Assembly (NCBI GenBank): GCA_944392125.1
Contig: CALXVP010000001.1
Coordinates: 218,533-282,532 of the forward strand
From: an uncultured Alphaproteobacteria bacterium
GTDB taxonomy: Bacteria > Pseudomonadota > Alphaproteobacteria > CAAHEQ01 > UBA3637
DNA: 64,000 nucleotides
Direction of reading: 5' to 3'
The notes under the pieces were generated by a model. The model was not told the DNA's origin and searched no databases. It was given only the letters and a program-made list of their open reading frames with translations. Positions 42,243 through 51,964 of the stretch are shown here, piece after piece (the stretch's first letter is position 1; each line of letters opens with the position of its first letter). The position numbers and the translations under genes are program-made.

Positions 42243-44210
42243 CTACTTTTTCTTCTTCTCGTTTTCTTGTTCCTTTTCTTTTTCTTTAATCACTTGATGA
42301 TACTTGCCATCCGGCTTTTTCTCAAAGTATTCCATACCGTATTTATCCCACTGGATATCCAGATATTTATCATCCAAGCGAATAATCGTTCCATAATCCG
42401 TAAACCGACCTTCCACATCACGATATAATCTGTTCGGTGAAATTTGGACAAGCGTATCTTCCCAATATCTATGCTTTGCAGGAATAGAAACGGGCTTAAA
42501 TTTCTCGCGTTCTTTGGAGAGTTCTTCGGAATACTCTAAAATCAAGAATCCGTCAATATTCCGAATCAAAGCTTTTAACTTATCAACATCTGGATTGACC
42601 TTAGCGGCCTCTTCAATTCGCTTCATAAACGGTTTATCTATCAAGTAGAAATAATCTTTTGACGGAACAACACCCGATAAAATGGCTTCACGTGTATCAT
42701 TCACCAATTTCTGTGTTTTGGCAGACGGGCGATTTAAAAAACCGTAATTCACGTTTTTATTTTTCCGAATAGCCCAACGCCACATATCCCGATAATTCTC
42801 GTTATGTGCAAAAATAAAGATATTTTTGTATTCACGATCCAATCTATCCCACTCTTCCGAAACAAACGGTTCGGGCGGAACATACGTTGTCATCGCAAAA
42901 CTTTGTTTGAGCTTATAGGCGGGATACAAATCCCAAACTTGCACGCACAATAAAAGCGGTAGCAAAACAAAAGCCCCCTTCGGGAATGACCGAGCAAACT
43001 GTCTGATTAAGAAAAATGCCAACAAATACCAGACGGGCCAAAAGAAGCGTCCCGAATACCGAAACACACTGCCCAACCAATCTACCAATGCTCCCGGTTT
43101 ATAGTCTAACAAAACGGTTGTGCCGTATTTAATTTGGGGCGATAATGCAAAAAGCACAAGACCAACCAACAGCAAACTGATTAACGCATGCTTTTTTAAA
43201 TTTTCAGAGGCAAATAAATGTTTAACATGCGGGAACATCCATACAAGCAAAATCAACAATCCCAGTCCGAAATAATTATCGGCATCAAAATCGGCATCCG
43301 GCGTTAAATTTGAGAAAACTTGCGATGTGCTCCAAATCGGATTAAATAACGCCGTTAAATTTAAACTTAACGAGCGCCATCCCCCGCTTGTCAACACTTG
43401 TTCGGTTGAAACCATGCCCAAAAGTAAGAACCAAAAACCAAACACGACCGCTAAAAATAAAATGCCGATAATAGTGTGAATTACCTTCACTTTTTTTTCA
43501 ACGAAAACTTGTTGTAAGATTAAAATACCGAAAAAACCGGCCGTCATCGGCAAGAAATACGGGCATGTTAAAATACCGAGTGTGATAATAATGCCCATTT
43601 GAATCCATGTTTTTTTTGTCAGGCTATTATTCATCCAAAGCAAAATGGACCACAACAAAATAAAATGACACATCAAATTGATATGCACAAACACCCGCAT
43701 CATCATAATCGGTGCTGCCACAAAAAAGAGAGAACCTACAATAATCAGGAATTTATTTTTAAATGCTTTTCTAAAAATCAAAACTGAAAAAACGGCCTGT
43801 AAAACATAGCATATCAGCATCCACACGCCCACGAACTGCACATCGGCCGGCAATCCGAAGAATTTATGGAATGCTTTAAAAATCAGAGAAAGAAGCGGAC
43901 TGCCGTCCGTCCCGTGCACGGAAATACCGTAGGGATACGCTAAATTCGTATGCGTCAACAACGGCCAACGCCATTCATCTAACCGATAAAAAACACTGCC
44001 GAGGTATGAAACCGTAAAATCCCCACCCATTTGAACAAAATTCGTATCGTAAATATTCAATACACGAAAACCGAACAAATACAAAAAAGCAAGAACGGTA
44101 ATAAAAATCGTTACCGTTAAATCAATCTGTTGCCAAAAAGGACCTTTAAATGCCTGTTCTTTTTTTTGAAATAAATCCTTAAACCGATTCCAAGGCGATA
44201 ACATGTTCAT
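42243..44210 (-). CDS. Polytopic membrane protein, DUF6311/GT-C-like (paralog 2)
   Basis: Colinear with and highly similar to 40055..42010. Confidence 0.7.
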   Translation of the reverse strand: MNMLSPWNRFKDLFQKKEQAFKGPFWQQIDLTVTIFITVLAFLYLFGFRVLNIYDTNFVQMGGDFTVSYLGSVFYRLDEWRWPLLTHTNLAYPYGISVHGTDGSPLLSLIFKAFHKFFGLPADVQFVGVWMLICYVLQAVFSVLIFRKAFKNKFLIIVGSLFFVAAPIMMMRVFVHINLMCHFILLWSILLWMNNSLTKKTWIQMGIIITLGILTCPYFLPMTAGFFGILILQQVFVEKKVKVIHTIIGILFLAVVFGFWFLLLGMVSTEQVLTSGGWRSLSLNLTALFNPIWSTSQVFSNLTPDADFDADNYFGLGLLILLVWMFPHVKHLFASENLKKHALISLLLVGLVLFALSPQIKYGTTVLLDYKPGALVDWLGSVFRYSGRFFWPVWYLLAFFLIRQFARSFPKGAFVLLPLLLCVQVWDLYPAYKLKQSFAMTTYVPPEPFVSEEWDRLDREYKNIFIFAHNENYRDMWRWAIRKNKNVNYGFLNRPSAKTQKLVNDTREAILSGVVPSKDYFYLIDKPFMKRIEEAAKVNPDVDKLKALIRNIDGFLILEYSEELSKEREKFKPVSIPAKHRYWEDTLVQISPNRLYRDVEGRFTDYGTIIRLDDKYLDIQWDKYGMEYFEKKPDGKYHQVIKEKEKEQENEKKKK

Positions 44211-44278
44211 ATACTCACTCCAGATAATTTATCGGATTTGTTTTAAAGGATTTTTTCTCAAATGTAAATAAAAAATTT

Positions 44279-44766
44279 CTAATGAAACATAAAATAATAA
44301 ATCAGGAATGTTAAAACCGGCACAAAGGCTATTCCGATTGCTTGGGCATAGTTTGTTTTACGAAACATCGCAAAACTTAATATCATACATCCGAAAAAAA
44401 TCGGTTCGTTAAACATGGAAAGAATAAAATACGTATCTTGCGATTTGCGCGCGAAATCATTATCCCACAAAATAATGTAAAAGATAATGTCTGCCAGCAA
44501 TGCCCCGAAATAAACTAAATATTTAAACACTACTTTAATAAATCCAACAGTTTCATCAAGAAATAATAAACAAGTGCCAATCCGGCCGGAACAGATACAA
44601 TCCAATTTGCAACTTGATATTTCGATTTGCAAAAGAAATAAAACCCAACAGCCAATATACCGATAAAAATATAAAGGCGATACGGAATAGCCCAACCGCT
44701 CATAATTTGCATATAAAGATAAATGTTTGCTAAAAAGAGCGTGAAATATACAACATATTTATCCAT
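44279..44766 (-). pseudogene. Frameshifted small membrane protein
   Basis: Hydrophobic ORF from 44766 (GAGG RBS) stops at 44530; hydrophobic coding continues in an overlapping frame to 44279. Confidence 0.45.
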
Positions 44767-44799
44767 TTTAAACCTCTTACTCAAAAATAACGGTTCATA

Positions 44800-44849
44800 A
44801 GAATAAAGAACGGGACGGCCTACCGAGCCATCCCGCCGTTTTTATTCTT
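44800..44849 (-). terminator. Intrinsic terminator after the ferredoxin
   Basis: AGAATAAAGAACGGGACGG...CCATCCCGCCGTTTTTATTCTT imperfect inverted repeat. Confidence 0.6.
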
Positions 44850-44855
44850 TAAATC

Positions 44856-45092
44856 TTATGCTTTCGGCCATTCAGTGGCTTTTTCGGCATTAAATTTAAT
44901 CCACTTTTCATCGGCTTCATCAGCAGATGTAATTGCCCCTTGCGGACATTCGGAAATGCAAACACCGCAATCAATACATTCATCAGGGTTCACAACAACC
45001 TGAGTTTCACCCTCATGATAAGCGCCGACGGGGCAAACTTCTACACAACTTTTGCACAAAATGCATTTATCACCGTTTACAACTGATGGCAT
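44856..45092 (-). CDS. Dicluster ferredoxin (FdxA-like)
   Basis: CILCKSCVEVCP and NPDECIDCGVCISECP, with an FdxA-like tail (KWIKFNAEKATEWP). Confidence 0.92.
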   Translation of the reverse strand: MPSVVNGDKCILCKSCVEVCPVGAYHEGETQVVVNPDECIDCGVCISECPQGAITSADEADEKWIKFNAEKATEWPKA

Positions 45093-45249
45093 AGTAATCT
45101 CCTTTACAAAAAATTCAGTTCACGGTTTCATATTAGGCAAAAAAAATAATTATGCAAGCATTTTTTTATTCTCTTGACGAATATCTTTCAATTTTGTATC
45201 TTAAAACGTGTGTTAAGAAGTAAACAATATCTATCGGAAAGGATAAATA

Positions 45250-45618
45250 ATGACGGTTAATTATAAAAGAGGTGATTTCGATTCACGCCCGTGGGGAACT
45301 TGGGAAGTTTTAGATGCCGGCGAAAGCCATATCGTGAAAAAGCTGGTTGTTTTACCAAATCAAAGCGTTTCTTTGCAACTCCACCACAAACGTAACGAGC
45401 ATTGGATAATCGTTCAGGGAACGGCCACCGTTACACTGGGAGATGAAGTCAAAACAGTCCGGCAAGATGAAGCCGTTTACATTCCCGTTGAAACAAAACA
45501 TCGGATTGCAAATCTGACAAATGAACCCGTTATTTTTATTGAAGTTCAAACGGGTGATAATTTGGATGAAAACGATATTGTGCGCTTTGAGGACCAATAC
45601 GGCCGTGTGAACGGATAA
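45250..45618 (+). CDS. Stand-alone type II mannose-6-phosphate isomerase cupin domain
   Basis: RPWG, SLQLHHKRNEHW, IEVQTG, EDDIVR-like ENDIVRFEDQYGR. Confidence 0.9.
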   Translation: MTVNYKRGDFDSRPWGTWEVLDAGESHIVKKLVVLPNQSVSLQLHHKRNEHWIIVQGTATVTLGDEVKTVRQDEAVYIPVETKHRIANLTNEPVIFIEVQTGDNLDENDIVRFEDQYGRVNG

Positions 45619-45993
45619 TAACGGATTATTGGCATTTACATTATCTTGCCTGCCTGTTGCGTGCGGGTTGTATTATATGCGCGAGGAAAGATAACGGCAA
45701 AATAGAATCCCGTTCGCAAGATTTCGCAAGATATTGTGCAAGAAGTGATCAAGATATAATAAGTTATGCACCGAACATAAAAATAAGCATTTATAAGGCA
45801 AATACAGCATAATCAGCGTAAAGCGCCCGATATAGCTTGCATATCCGTAAATAACGGCATTCAGTTTATCAAATATTATTTGGATCTAAAAGCAAACAGG
45901 CTTGAAAAAACGACAGGTTATGCAGATAATAAACGAATGCAAGCGCAAAAACGACTCGCTTAATCTATTTATGTTTAAACGGAGAATGACACC

Positions 45994-46908
45994 ATGAAAA
46001 ACAACGCAATTTACAGTGCCCTGTTTCTGATTACCTGTTTGGCCTCTTTGCCGACACAGGCAACCGAAGTGCCGACTCAAATTCAAAACGATTCGTCTGC
46101 TTTGCGCACCGATATACCGTCAACAAAAGTAAGTGCCTGGCGCGCAAACATTCGGCGACTCGGGTTGGAATTATCATCGGTTGAAGTCAGCAATGCAAAA
46201 GAATATCAAGATTCGCCCGTATCGGCCCTCAATGCGGATAGTCAAACACTTGTAAAAGGCGTATTTGATTTTGTTTTGGAATATGAAACAGCCCTCAGCA
46301 GATGGGATAACAGTGTATTCCTTAATTACGGGCGAACGAAAATCAAGCCCTATAACGAGCCGACGGAAACAACCGAAAATGCCGATGAAATTTTGCTGAC
46401 AAGTGATTATACCTATAAAATGTATCGCGTTAAAAATCTTGATTTAGGCCCTTTTGCCAGCGTTGCCTATCAAACGGAATTTACACGCAATGAAGATGCG
46501 CCACGCATGAAAGTTGTGCGCGCGAAATCGGGTGCAAAATTGTTAAACGGAAAATTGATAAAGGATTTATACATTGCCGGCGTCGGCGAATATGATTTCA
46601 CGTATGCACAAAGCGTGTCAAAAGTTGCCGGAGAGGTAGGTTGGCGTTTTGAAGATTCGCTTCGCGAGGGAGTTCAATTATCAACGGACGGTTATTTCAG
46701 AAAATATTTTATGTTCAGTCATTATATCGGAACGGATTTGAAATATGACTTAAATTTAACTGCACGAATGGACGTCAATATAACCGATACGCTCACATTC
46801 GGTCCATACATTTCTTATCGCCTGGCAAAAGCACGCGCCGCCGAAAAATACGGCAGTAATTTTACCATCGGGCTTTCATTAGCTTACAAAAATTTATTTA
46901 ATTTATAG
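45994..46908 (+). CDS. Putative outer-membrane beta-barrel protein
   Basis: Signal peptide, alternating aromatic/hydrophobic strands, C-terminal IGLSLAYKNLFNL. Confidence 0.65.
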   Translation: MKNNAIYSALFLITCLASLPTQATEVPTQIQNDSSALRTDIPSTKVSAWRANIRRLGLELSSVEVSNAKEYQDSPVSALNADSQTLVKGVFDFVLEYETALSRWDNSVFLNYGRTKIKPYNEPTETTENADEILLTSDYTYKMYRVKNLDLGPFASVAYQTEFTRNEDAPRMKVVRAKSGAKLLNGKLIKDLYIAGVGEYDFTYAQSVSKVAGEVGWRFEDSLREGVQLSTDGYFRKYFMFSHYIGTDLKYDLNLTARMDVNITDTLTFGPYISYRLAKARAAEKYGSNFTIGLSLAYKNLFNL

Positions 46909-46963
46909 TAATGTGAACATCAGTTTTTAAACACAATTAACATCAACACAACAAGGAGAAAAA

Positions 46964-47437
46964 ATGAAAATTTTAACGGAATTTAAAAAATTTGCCATGC
47001 GCGGGAATGTAATGGATATGGCTGTCGGTATTATTATCGGGGCAGCATTCGGAAAAATCGTTGATTCGCTGGTAAAAGATATTATTATGCCACCGCTCGG
47101 CATTTTGCTCGGCAAAATTGATTTTGCAAATTTATTTTTTGTCTTGAAAGAGGGAACGGGCAGTCCTGCTCCCTATGCCTCGTTAAGTGCCGCGCAAGAG
47201 GCCGGCGCCGTTACACTCAACTTCGGCTCATTTTTAAACACCATTATCAGTTTCACGATTGTTGCTTTTGCCGTATTTATGCTTATCAAAGCGATGAACA
47301 CCGTTCAAGATAAGTTGGATAAAAAAGAAAAAGAAACCGCACCGAAAACGAAAGAATGTCCTTTTTGCTGTTCTCAAATTTCCGTTAAGGCAATTAAATG
47401 TCCGCATTGCACGGCTGATTTGAGCCAGAGTAAATAA
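46964..47437 (+). CDS. mscL: Large-conductance mechanosensitive channel with C-terminal zinc ribbon
   Basis: EFKKFAMRGNVMDMAVGIIIGAAFGKIV; tail CPFC...CPHC. Confidence 0.95.
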   Translation: MKILTEFKKFAMRGNVMDMAVGIIIGAAFGKIVDSLVKDIIMPPLGILLGKIDFANLFFVLKEGTGSPAPYASLSAAQEAGAVTLNFGSFLNTIISFTIVAFAVFMLIKAMNTVQDKLDKKEKETAPKTKECPFCCSQISVKAIKCPHCTADLSQSK

Positions 47438-47464
47438 TTTATCGGCCATCAATTCGGCTTCATT

Positions 47465-47541
47465 AAAAAACAGCCTTTTCGTTTGCAAAAGGCTGTTTTT
47501 AATATAAAAATACCGCATTTCAAAACACAATGCGGTATTTT
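47465..47541. terminator. Two tandem terminator hairpins between convergent mscL and suhB
   Basis: AAAAACAGCCTTTT...AAAAGGCTGTTTTT and AAAATACCGCATT...AATGCGGTATTTT. Confidence 0.7.
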
Positions 47542-47557
47542 TATTTCCTTAAAACGG

Positions 47558-48439
47558 TTATTTTTCAAGAATCTTTAAAAACGTTTCTTTGAATGCCACG
47601 TTAGAGGCCACCAACGTTTGACTTTCCAAAATTTCGCTCAGTTTTCTTTTTCCACCGAAATCCGATGCAAATCCGCCGGCCTCTTTCACGAGCAAATATC
47701 CGGCTGCAATATCCCACATATTGAAATGACAGGAAACATACCCGTCAAACTGCCCCGCCGCAACGCTTGCCAAAGATAATGTTGTGCATCCGTTAAACCG
47801 TGTTGACGCTAAGCCACCCGTTAACTTCGTTACCGTTTCTCTGTTTTTCTCCGAGCGGAATCCGCAACTGCCGATAACGGCTTGCTCCAATTTATTGCGA
47901 GCCGATACACGCAAACGAACAGTCCCCGTCGGCGTCATCACATAACTGCCTTTTCCTTTTTCGGCATAGTATAAATCATTCGTAATCGGATTAAACACAA
48001 TTCCGGCAATTACTTCATCGCGCTCCAACAAAGCAATAGAGATGGCAAAAGTCGGAATAGCGTGAATAAAATTAATTGTTCCGTCAATCGGATCAATTAC
48101 CCATGTGTAGGGAGAATTATTCCGTGCGGGAATCGTGCCGGCTTCTTCCGTAATAAATCCGTAATCGGGGCGATCATAACTTAATTGCTCAATCAATGTT
48201 TTTTCAGCCAACATATCGGCATTTGAAACAAAATCGCCCGGACCTTTCCGAGAAATTTGCAAATTGGCAACTTCCCCAAAATCCCGCAACATGCGTCGCC
48301 CTGCTTTACGCGCTGCTTTCACCATAATCATCAAGTTCGGCGATAACGCTTCAATCATCATTTCTTCGCGCGTTTGCGGTTTATCTTTCCGAAATGTTTG
48401 CGCGCGCGGCGTTATTTTCCGTTTTTCGGTTATCGGCAT
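47558..48439 (-). CDS. suhB: Inositol monophosphatase family protein
   Basis: KGPGDFVS, WVIDPIDGTINF, WDIAAG; downstream of efp. Confidence 0.9.
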   Translation of the reverse strand: MPITEKRKITPRAQTFRKDKPQTREEMMIEALSPNLMIMVKAARKAGRRMLRDFGEVANLQISRKGPGDFVSNADMLAEKTLIEQLSYDRPDYGFITEEAGTIPARNNSPYTWVIDPIDGTINFIHAIPTFAISIALLERDEVIAGIVFNPITNDLYYAEKGKGSYVMTPTGTVRLRVSARNKLEQAVIGSCGFRSEKNRETVTKLTGGLASTRFNGCTTLSLASVAAGQFDGYVSCHFNMWDIAAGYLLVKEAGGFASDFGGKRKLSEILESQTLVASNVAFKETFLKILEK

Positions 48440-49002
48440 TATTTCGCCCTTTCAACATAAGAACAATCGGCCGTTGCAACCACGATTTTCTCGCCTGCCG
48501 TCACGAAAGGCGGAATGGTTGTGCGTAAACCGTTGTCCAAAAGAGCCGGCTTATAAGATGTCGTAACCGTTTGGCCTTTCAAATACGGCTCTGTTTCAAC
48601 AACCGTGCAAACAACTTGCAACGGCAATTCAATACCAACGATTTTGCCTTCAATCATATTGGCAACCACCGTCATGCCGTCTTGCAAGAAAGCAACGGAT
48701 TCGCCCATAAAATCAACAGGGATTTCAATTTGATCGTATGTATCTTGATTCATAAAATAAAGGGTATCGCCGTCTTTATATAAGAATTGGCAATCCACAT
48801 TTTCACTCGTTAATTTTTCAATCGTATCTTCCGAACGGAAGCGTTCGTTTGTTTTATTTCCGCTGGCAATATCGCGCATTTCAACTTGCATAAAGGCACC
48901 GCCCTTACCCGGTTTTGTTACCTGCGTTTTCATCACAGTCCATTGTTTACCGTTATGTTCAATAATCCAACCCGGACGAATATTATTTGCTTGTGTTTTC
49001 AT
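48439..49002 (-). CDS. efp: Elongation factor P
   Basis: KPGKGGAF, KGQT, KPALLDNG, YVER. Confidence 0.96.
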   Translation of the reverse strand: MKTQANNIRPGWIIEHNGKQWTVMKTQVTKPGKGGAFMQVEMRDIASGNKTNERFRSEDTIEKLTSENVDCQFLYKDGDTLYFMNQDTYDQIEIPVDFMGESVAFLQDGMTVVANMIEGKIVGIELPLQVVCTVVETEPYLKGQTVTTSYKPALLDNGLRTTIPPFVTAGEKIVVATADCSYVERAK

Positions 49003-49170
49003 AATCTTTCCTTTTCTGCTACATGTTTACATATTAAAAATTGATTTGAGAATGAACACACTATACGCACATTTATTTTCTTTTTCAAGGAAAAAATGAA
49101 TCCGCTTGCAATTTTTCACTCGTCAAACAAAAATCCGAACAATAACGCGTTGCAAGTGCCGAAATAAAAA

Positions 49171-49257
49171 AGGAAGGAGCATAACCCGTTTGTTGAAAAC
49201 TCGGCTGCTTTCTTCCGAACCTGACCGGCTGGTTTTTCAAACGTCTATGTCCTTCCC
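49171..49257 (-). ncRNA. ffs: Signal recognition particle 4.5S RNA
   Basis: Minus strand has GGTCAGGTTCGGAAGAAAGCAGCC (domain IV with GGAA tetraloop and a compensatory U-A pair) inside a long hairpin closed by GGAAGGA/TCCTTCC; T-tract follows. Confidence 0.92.
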
Positions 49258-49265
49258 GAGTGTTT

Positions 49266-49294
49266 ATCGTAGTGGAGAAAAAGTGATTTGTCAA
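49266..49294 (-). promoter_or_regulatory. Sigma70 promoter of ffs
   Basis: TTGACA-N17-TACGAT on the minus strand just upstream of the SRP RNA. Confidence 0.7.
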
Positions 49295-49358
49295 GTAAAA
49301 AATGCTTGCAATAAAACAAGGCATTCGGTAGAATACCCATATTTTGAAAGGAGAAAAA

Positions 49359-51122
49359 ATGAATCTGTCATCTTGCGTCAAAGAAAAAGTGGCAAAAGCC
49401 TATCAACAATGTGGCTATAATGAAGCACAAACACTCGTTAAATTATCCGATAGGCCGGATATGAGCGATTATCAATCGAACGGCGCACTGCCATTGGCCA
49501 AGCAACTCAAACAAAATCCGCGCGCCGTTGCCGAGCAAATAGCCACTGTTTTGAAAGATGATTCATTTTTTTCAAAAGTCAGCGTGGACGGACCGGGATT
49601 TATTAACCTGACAATTTCCGATAAAGCGTTAGGCGATATGGCTGACGCCGTTTTGAATACACCCAAAGGCGGATACGAACGCACCACACCGCCTCAAAAA
49701 GTTGTCATTGATTACGGCGGACCAAACGTTGCCAAAGCGCTCCATGTGGGACATTTGCGTCCGGCCGTTATCGGCGAAGCCATCAAACGCATTCACGCAT
49801 TTGCCGGCGATGATATTATCGGCGATATTCATTTGGGCGATTGGGGCTTACCGATGGGGCTTTTAATTACAGAAATTCAAGAAAGACACCCCGATTTACC
49901 CTATTTTGATGCTACGTTTACGGGTGAATATCCGAAAGAAGCACCCTTTACGGTGCATGATTTGGAAACCATGTATCCGATAGCATCGCAAAAATCCAAA
50001 TCAGATGAGGCTTATTTGGCTCGTGCGAAAGAAAACACGCATTTATTGCAAAACGGGCATCGCGGTTATCGTGCGTTATGGCAACACTTTGTTGATTTAT
50101 CGGTTGCCGAAATGAAAAAGTTATATGAGCCGTTGGATATTCATTTTGATTTATGGCGTGGCGAAAGTCATGTGCATGATCGCCTGCAAAAAATGATTGT
50201 TCGTTTGCAAAAAGAAGGACTGATTGTTCCCGATGACGGCGCACAAGTTATCCGTCTCGGCAAATCAAAAACGGGGAATGATTTACCGCCTTTAATTATG
50301 GTGAAATCGGACGGTGCCGTTATGTATGGGGCAACGGATTTGGCAACGATTGAAGAACGTGTGGAGGAGTTTAATCCCGATAGTATTTTATACGTGGTAG
50401 ACGCTCGTCAAGCCCTGCATTTTGAGCAAGTGTTTGCCGGTGCCGAAAAAATCGGATTAACGAAAAAGGTTAAGCTGTTGCATTTAGGATTCGGCACAAT
50501 CAACGGCAAAGATAATAAACCGTTTAAAACACGCGACGGTGGGGTAATGACGCTGAAAATGCTGATGGAACTTGCAACCGATGCCGCTTTAAAGAAAATG
50601 AACAGTGGCGAAATGGGACGCGATTTGACGGATGAAGAAAAATCAAAGATATCCAAGATAGTCGGCGTCAGTGCATTAAAATTTGCCGATTTAATGAACG
50701 AGCGGATGAAAAATTATATTTTTGATGAAGATAAATTAACAAGTACGGAAGGCAAGACGGGTCCTTACATTTTGTATGCACTTGTGCGGATGAAATCCGT
50801 ATTGGAAAAAATGAATGAATCCGCCGCCATTACCGAACAAGATATTATTCGCATACAAGAACCGGCGGAACGGCAACTGATGTTGCGTTTATACGGTATG
50901 CCGGATAGTTTGCAAACAGCGTATGATAATAATGCCCCACACGTAATTTGCGATTATTTATTTAAATTGGCACAAGATTTCAATTTATTTTACCACGATT
51001 GCCCGATAAAAGATGCCGATGAACAAACGCGTCGTTCCCGACTGGCACTAACGAAATATACGCTGGATATGGGTTTAAAAATGACGAATTTATTGGGTCT
51101 TCAAGTACCGGATAAAATGTAG
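49359..51122 (+). CDS. argS: Arginyl-tRNA synthetase
   Basis: DYQSNGAL, GPGFIN, HIGH-like PNVAKALHVGHLR, GDWG, FKTRDG, DALR-type C-terminus. Confidence 0.95.
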   Translation: MNLSSCVKEKVAKAYQQCGYNEAQTLVKLSDRPDMSDYQSNGALPLAKQLKQNPRAVAEQIATVLKDDSFFSKVSVDGPGFINLTISDKALGDMADAVLNTPKGGYERTTPPQKVVIDYGGPNVAKALHVGHLRPAVIGEAIKRIHAFAGDDIIGDIHLGDWGLPMGLLITEIQERHPDLPYFDATFTGEYPKEAPFTVHDLETMYPIASQKSKSDEAYLARAKENTHLLQNGHRGYRALWQHFVDLSVAEMKKLYEPLDIHFDLWRGESHVHDRLQKMIVRLQKEGLIVPDDGAQVIRLGKSKTGNDLPPLIMVKSDGAVMYGATDLATIEERVEEFNPDSILYVVDARQALHFEQVFAGAEKIGLTKKVKLLHLGFGTINGKDNKPFKTRDGGVMTLKMLMELATDAALKKMNSGEMGRDLTDEEKSKISKIVGVSALKFADLMNERMKNYIFDEDKLTSTEGKTGPYILYALVRMKSVLEKMNESAAITEQDIIRIQEPAERQLMLRLYGMPDSLQTAYDNNAPHVICDYLFKLAQDFNLFYHDCPIKDADEQTRRSRLALTKYTLDMGLKMTNLLGLQVPDKM

Positions 51123-51139
51123 ATAAAGGAGAAAGACGG

Positions 51140-51382
51140 ATGCAAATACGAACAATCATTTTTTTAGGGTTGGCAAGCATCGCATTTAGCGGATGCGGGC
51201 GGGTATCAAATCCCAAAGCCCCGGATAATGCTTTTTATCCGCATACTTATATTGTTCGCTCATCCGAAAATGAATTGAATCAACGTAAAACGGATACGGC
51301 GGGTGTAAAAGATACGGGCGAAAATAATGCGCTGGTGCGCAATGCCACGTCGCACGTATCCGAAATCAAAGAAATGAAATAG
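51140..51382 (+). CDS. Small lipoprotein
   Basis: AAGGAG RBS; signal peptide ending FSGC|GRVSNPKAP. Confidence 0.75.
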   Translation: MQIRTIIFLGLASIAFSGCGRVSNPKAPDNAFYPHTYIVRSSENELNQRKTDTAGVKDTGENNALVRNATSHVSEIKEMK

Positions 51383-51396
51383 AAGGAGGACATAAA

Positions 51397-51834
51397 ATGC
51401 AAAACGAAACCGGACGCAGTATGGTTGAGATGATTGGTGTTTTAGCGCTTATCGGTGTTTTATCCGTCGGCTCATTGGCTGCATACGATTACACACGTGT
51501 CCGTGCGAGAACGGCGGGAATTATAGATGTCGCTTCAAAGTTATTAGCCATTGCGCGCGTTAAGGGAAAAGAGGTTTCAACATTTACCGAAAAAATGGAA
51601 TATACGATTGATAATTACCAAATCGGCGGAACGGCACGCATTGATGTGCCGGCGGGTGAAGGCGTTGTTGTGATATGCGGGTGCAACATTGATGATAATT
51701 TTGAAGAACGCATGGAGCAACAAAGCGGTGTCGGCATCGCACAAGTTGAACAACCCACAGCATTAAGTCGCCTAAAAGAGTGTGGCGATGGAGAGCCCGT
51801 CCAATGCTTTGAAATGCGATTCCCCGAAAAATAG
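51397..51834 (+). CDS. Type IV pilin-like protein (G|RSMVE class III signal)
   Basis: MQNETG|RSMVEMIGVLALIGVLSVG; AGGAGG RBS. Confidence 0.8.
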   Translation: MQNETGRSMVEMIGVLALIGVLSVGSLAAYDYTRVRARTAGIIDVASKLLAIARVKGKEVSTFTEKMEYTIDNYQIGGTARIDVPAGEGVVVICGCNIDDNFEERMEQQSGVGIAQVEQPTALSRLKECGDGEPVQCFEMRFPEK

Positions 51835-51964
51835 AAGCGATTGGCACAATAACGTTTTCCGTTTAAGATAATTGTTATTGACGCGCAAAAAAGAAATATT
51901 TTCTCAAAAAAAATCTTGCAACTCGTCAAAAAGAGCGTATGATTAAGAAGTGAGGAGATTAGAC

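Noticed and set aside
49085-49420. ORFs 49085..49381 and 49106..49420
   Set aside because: They overlap the SRP RNA gene and its promoter; spurious.
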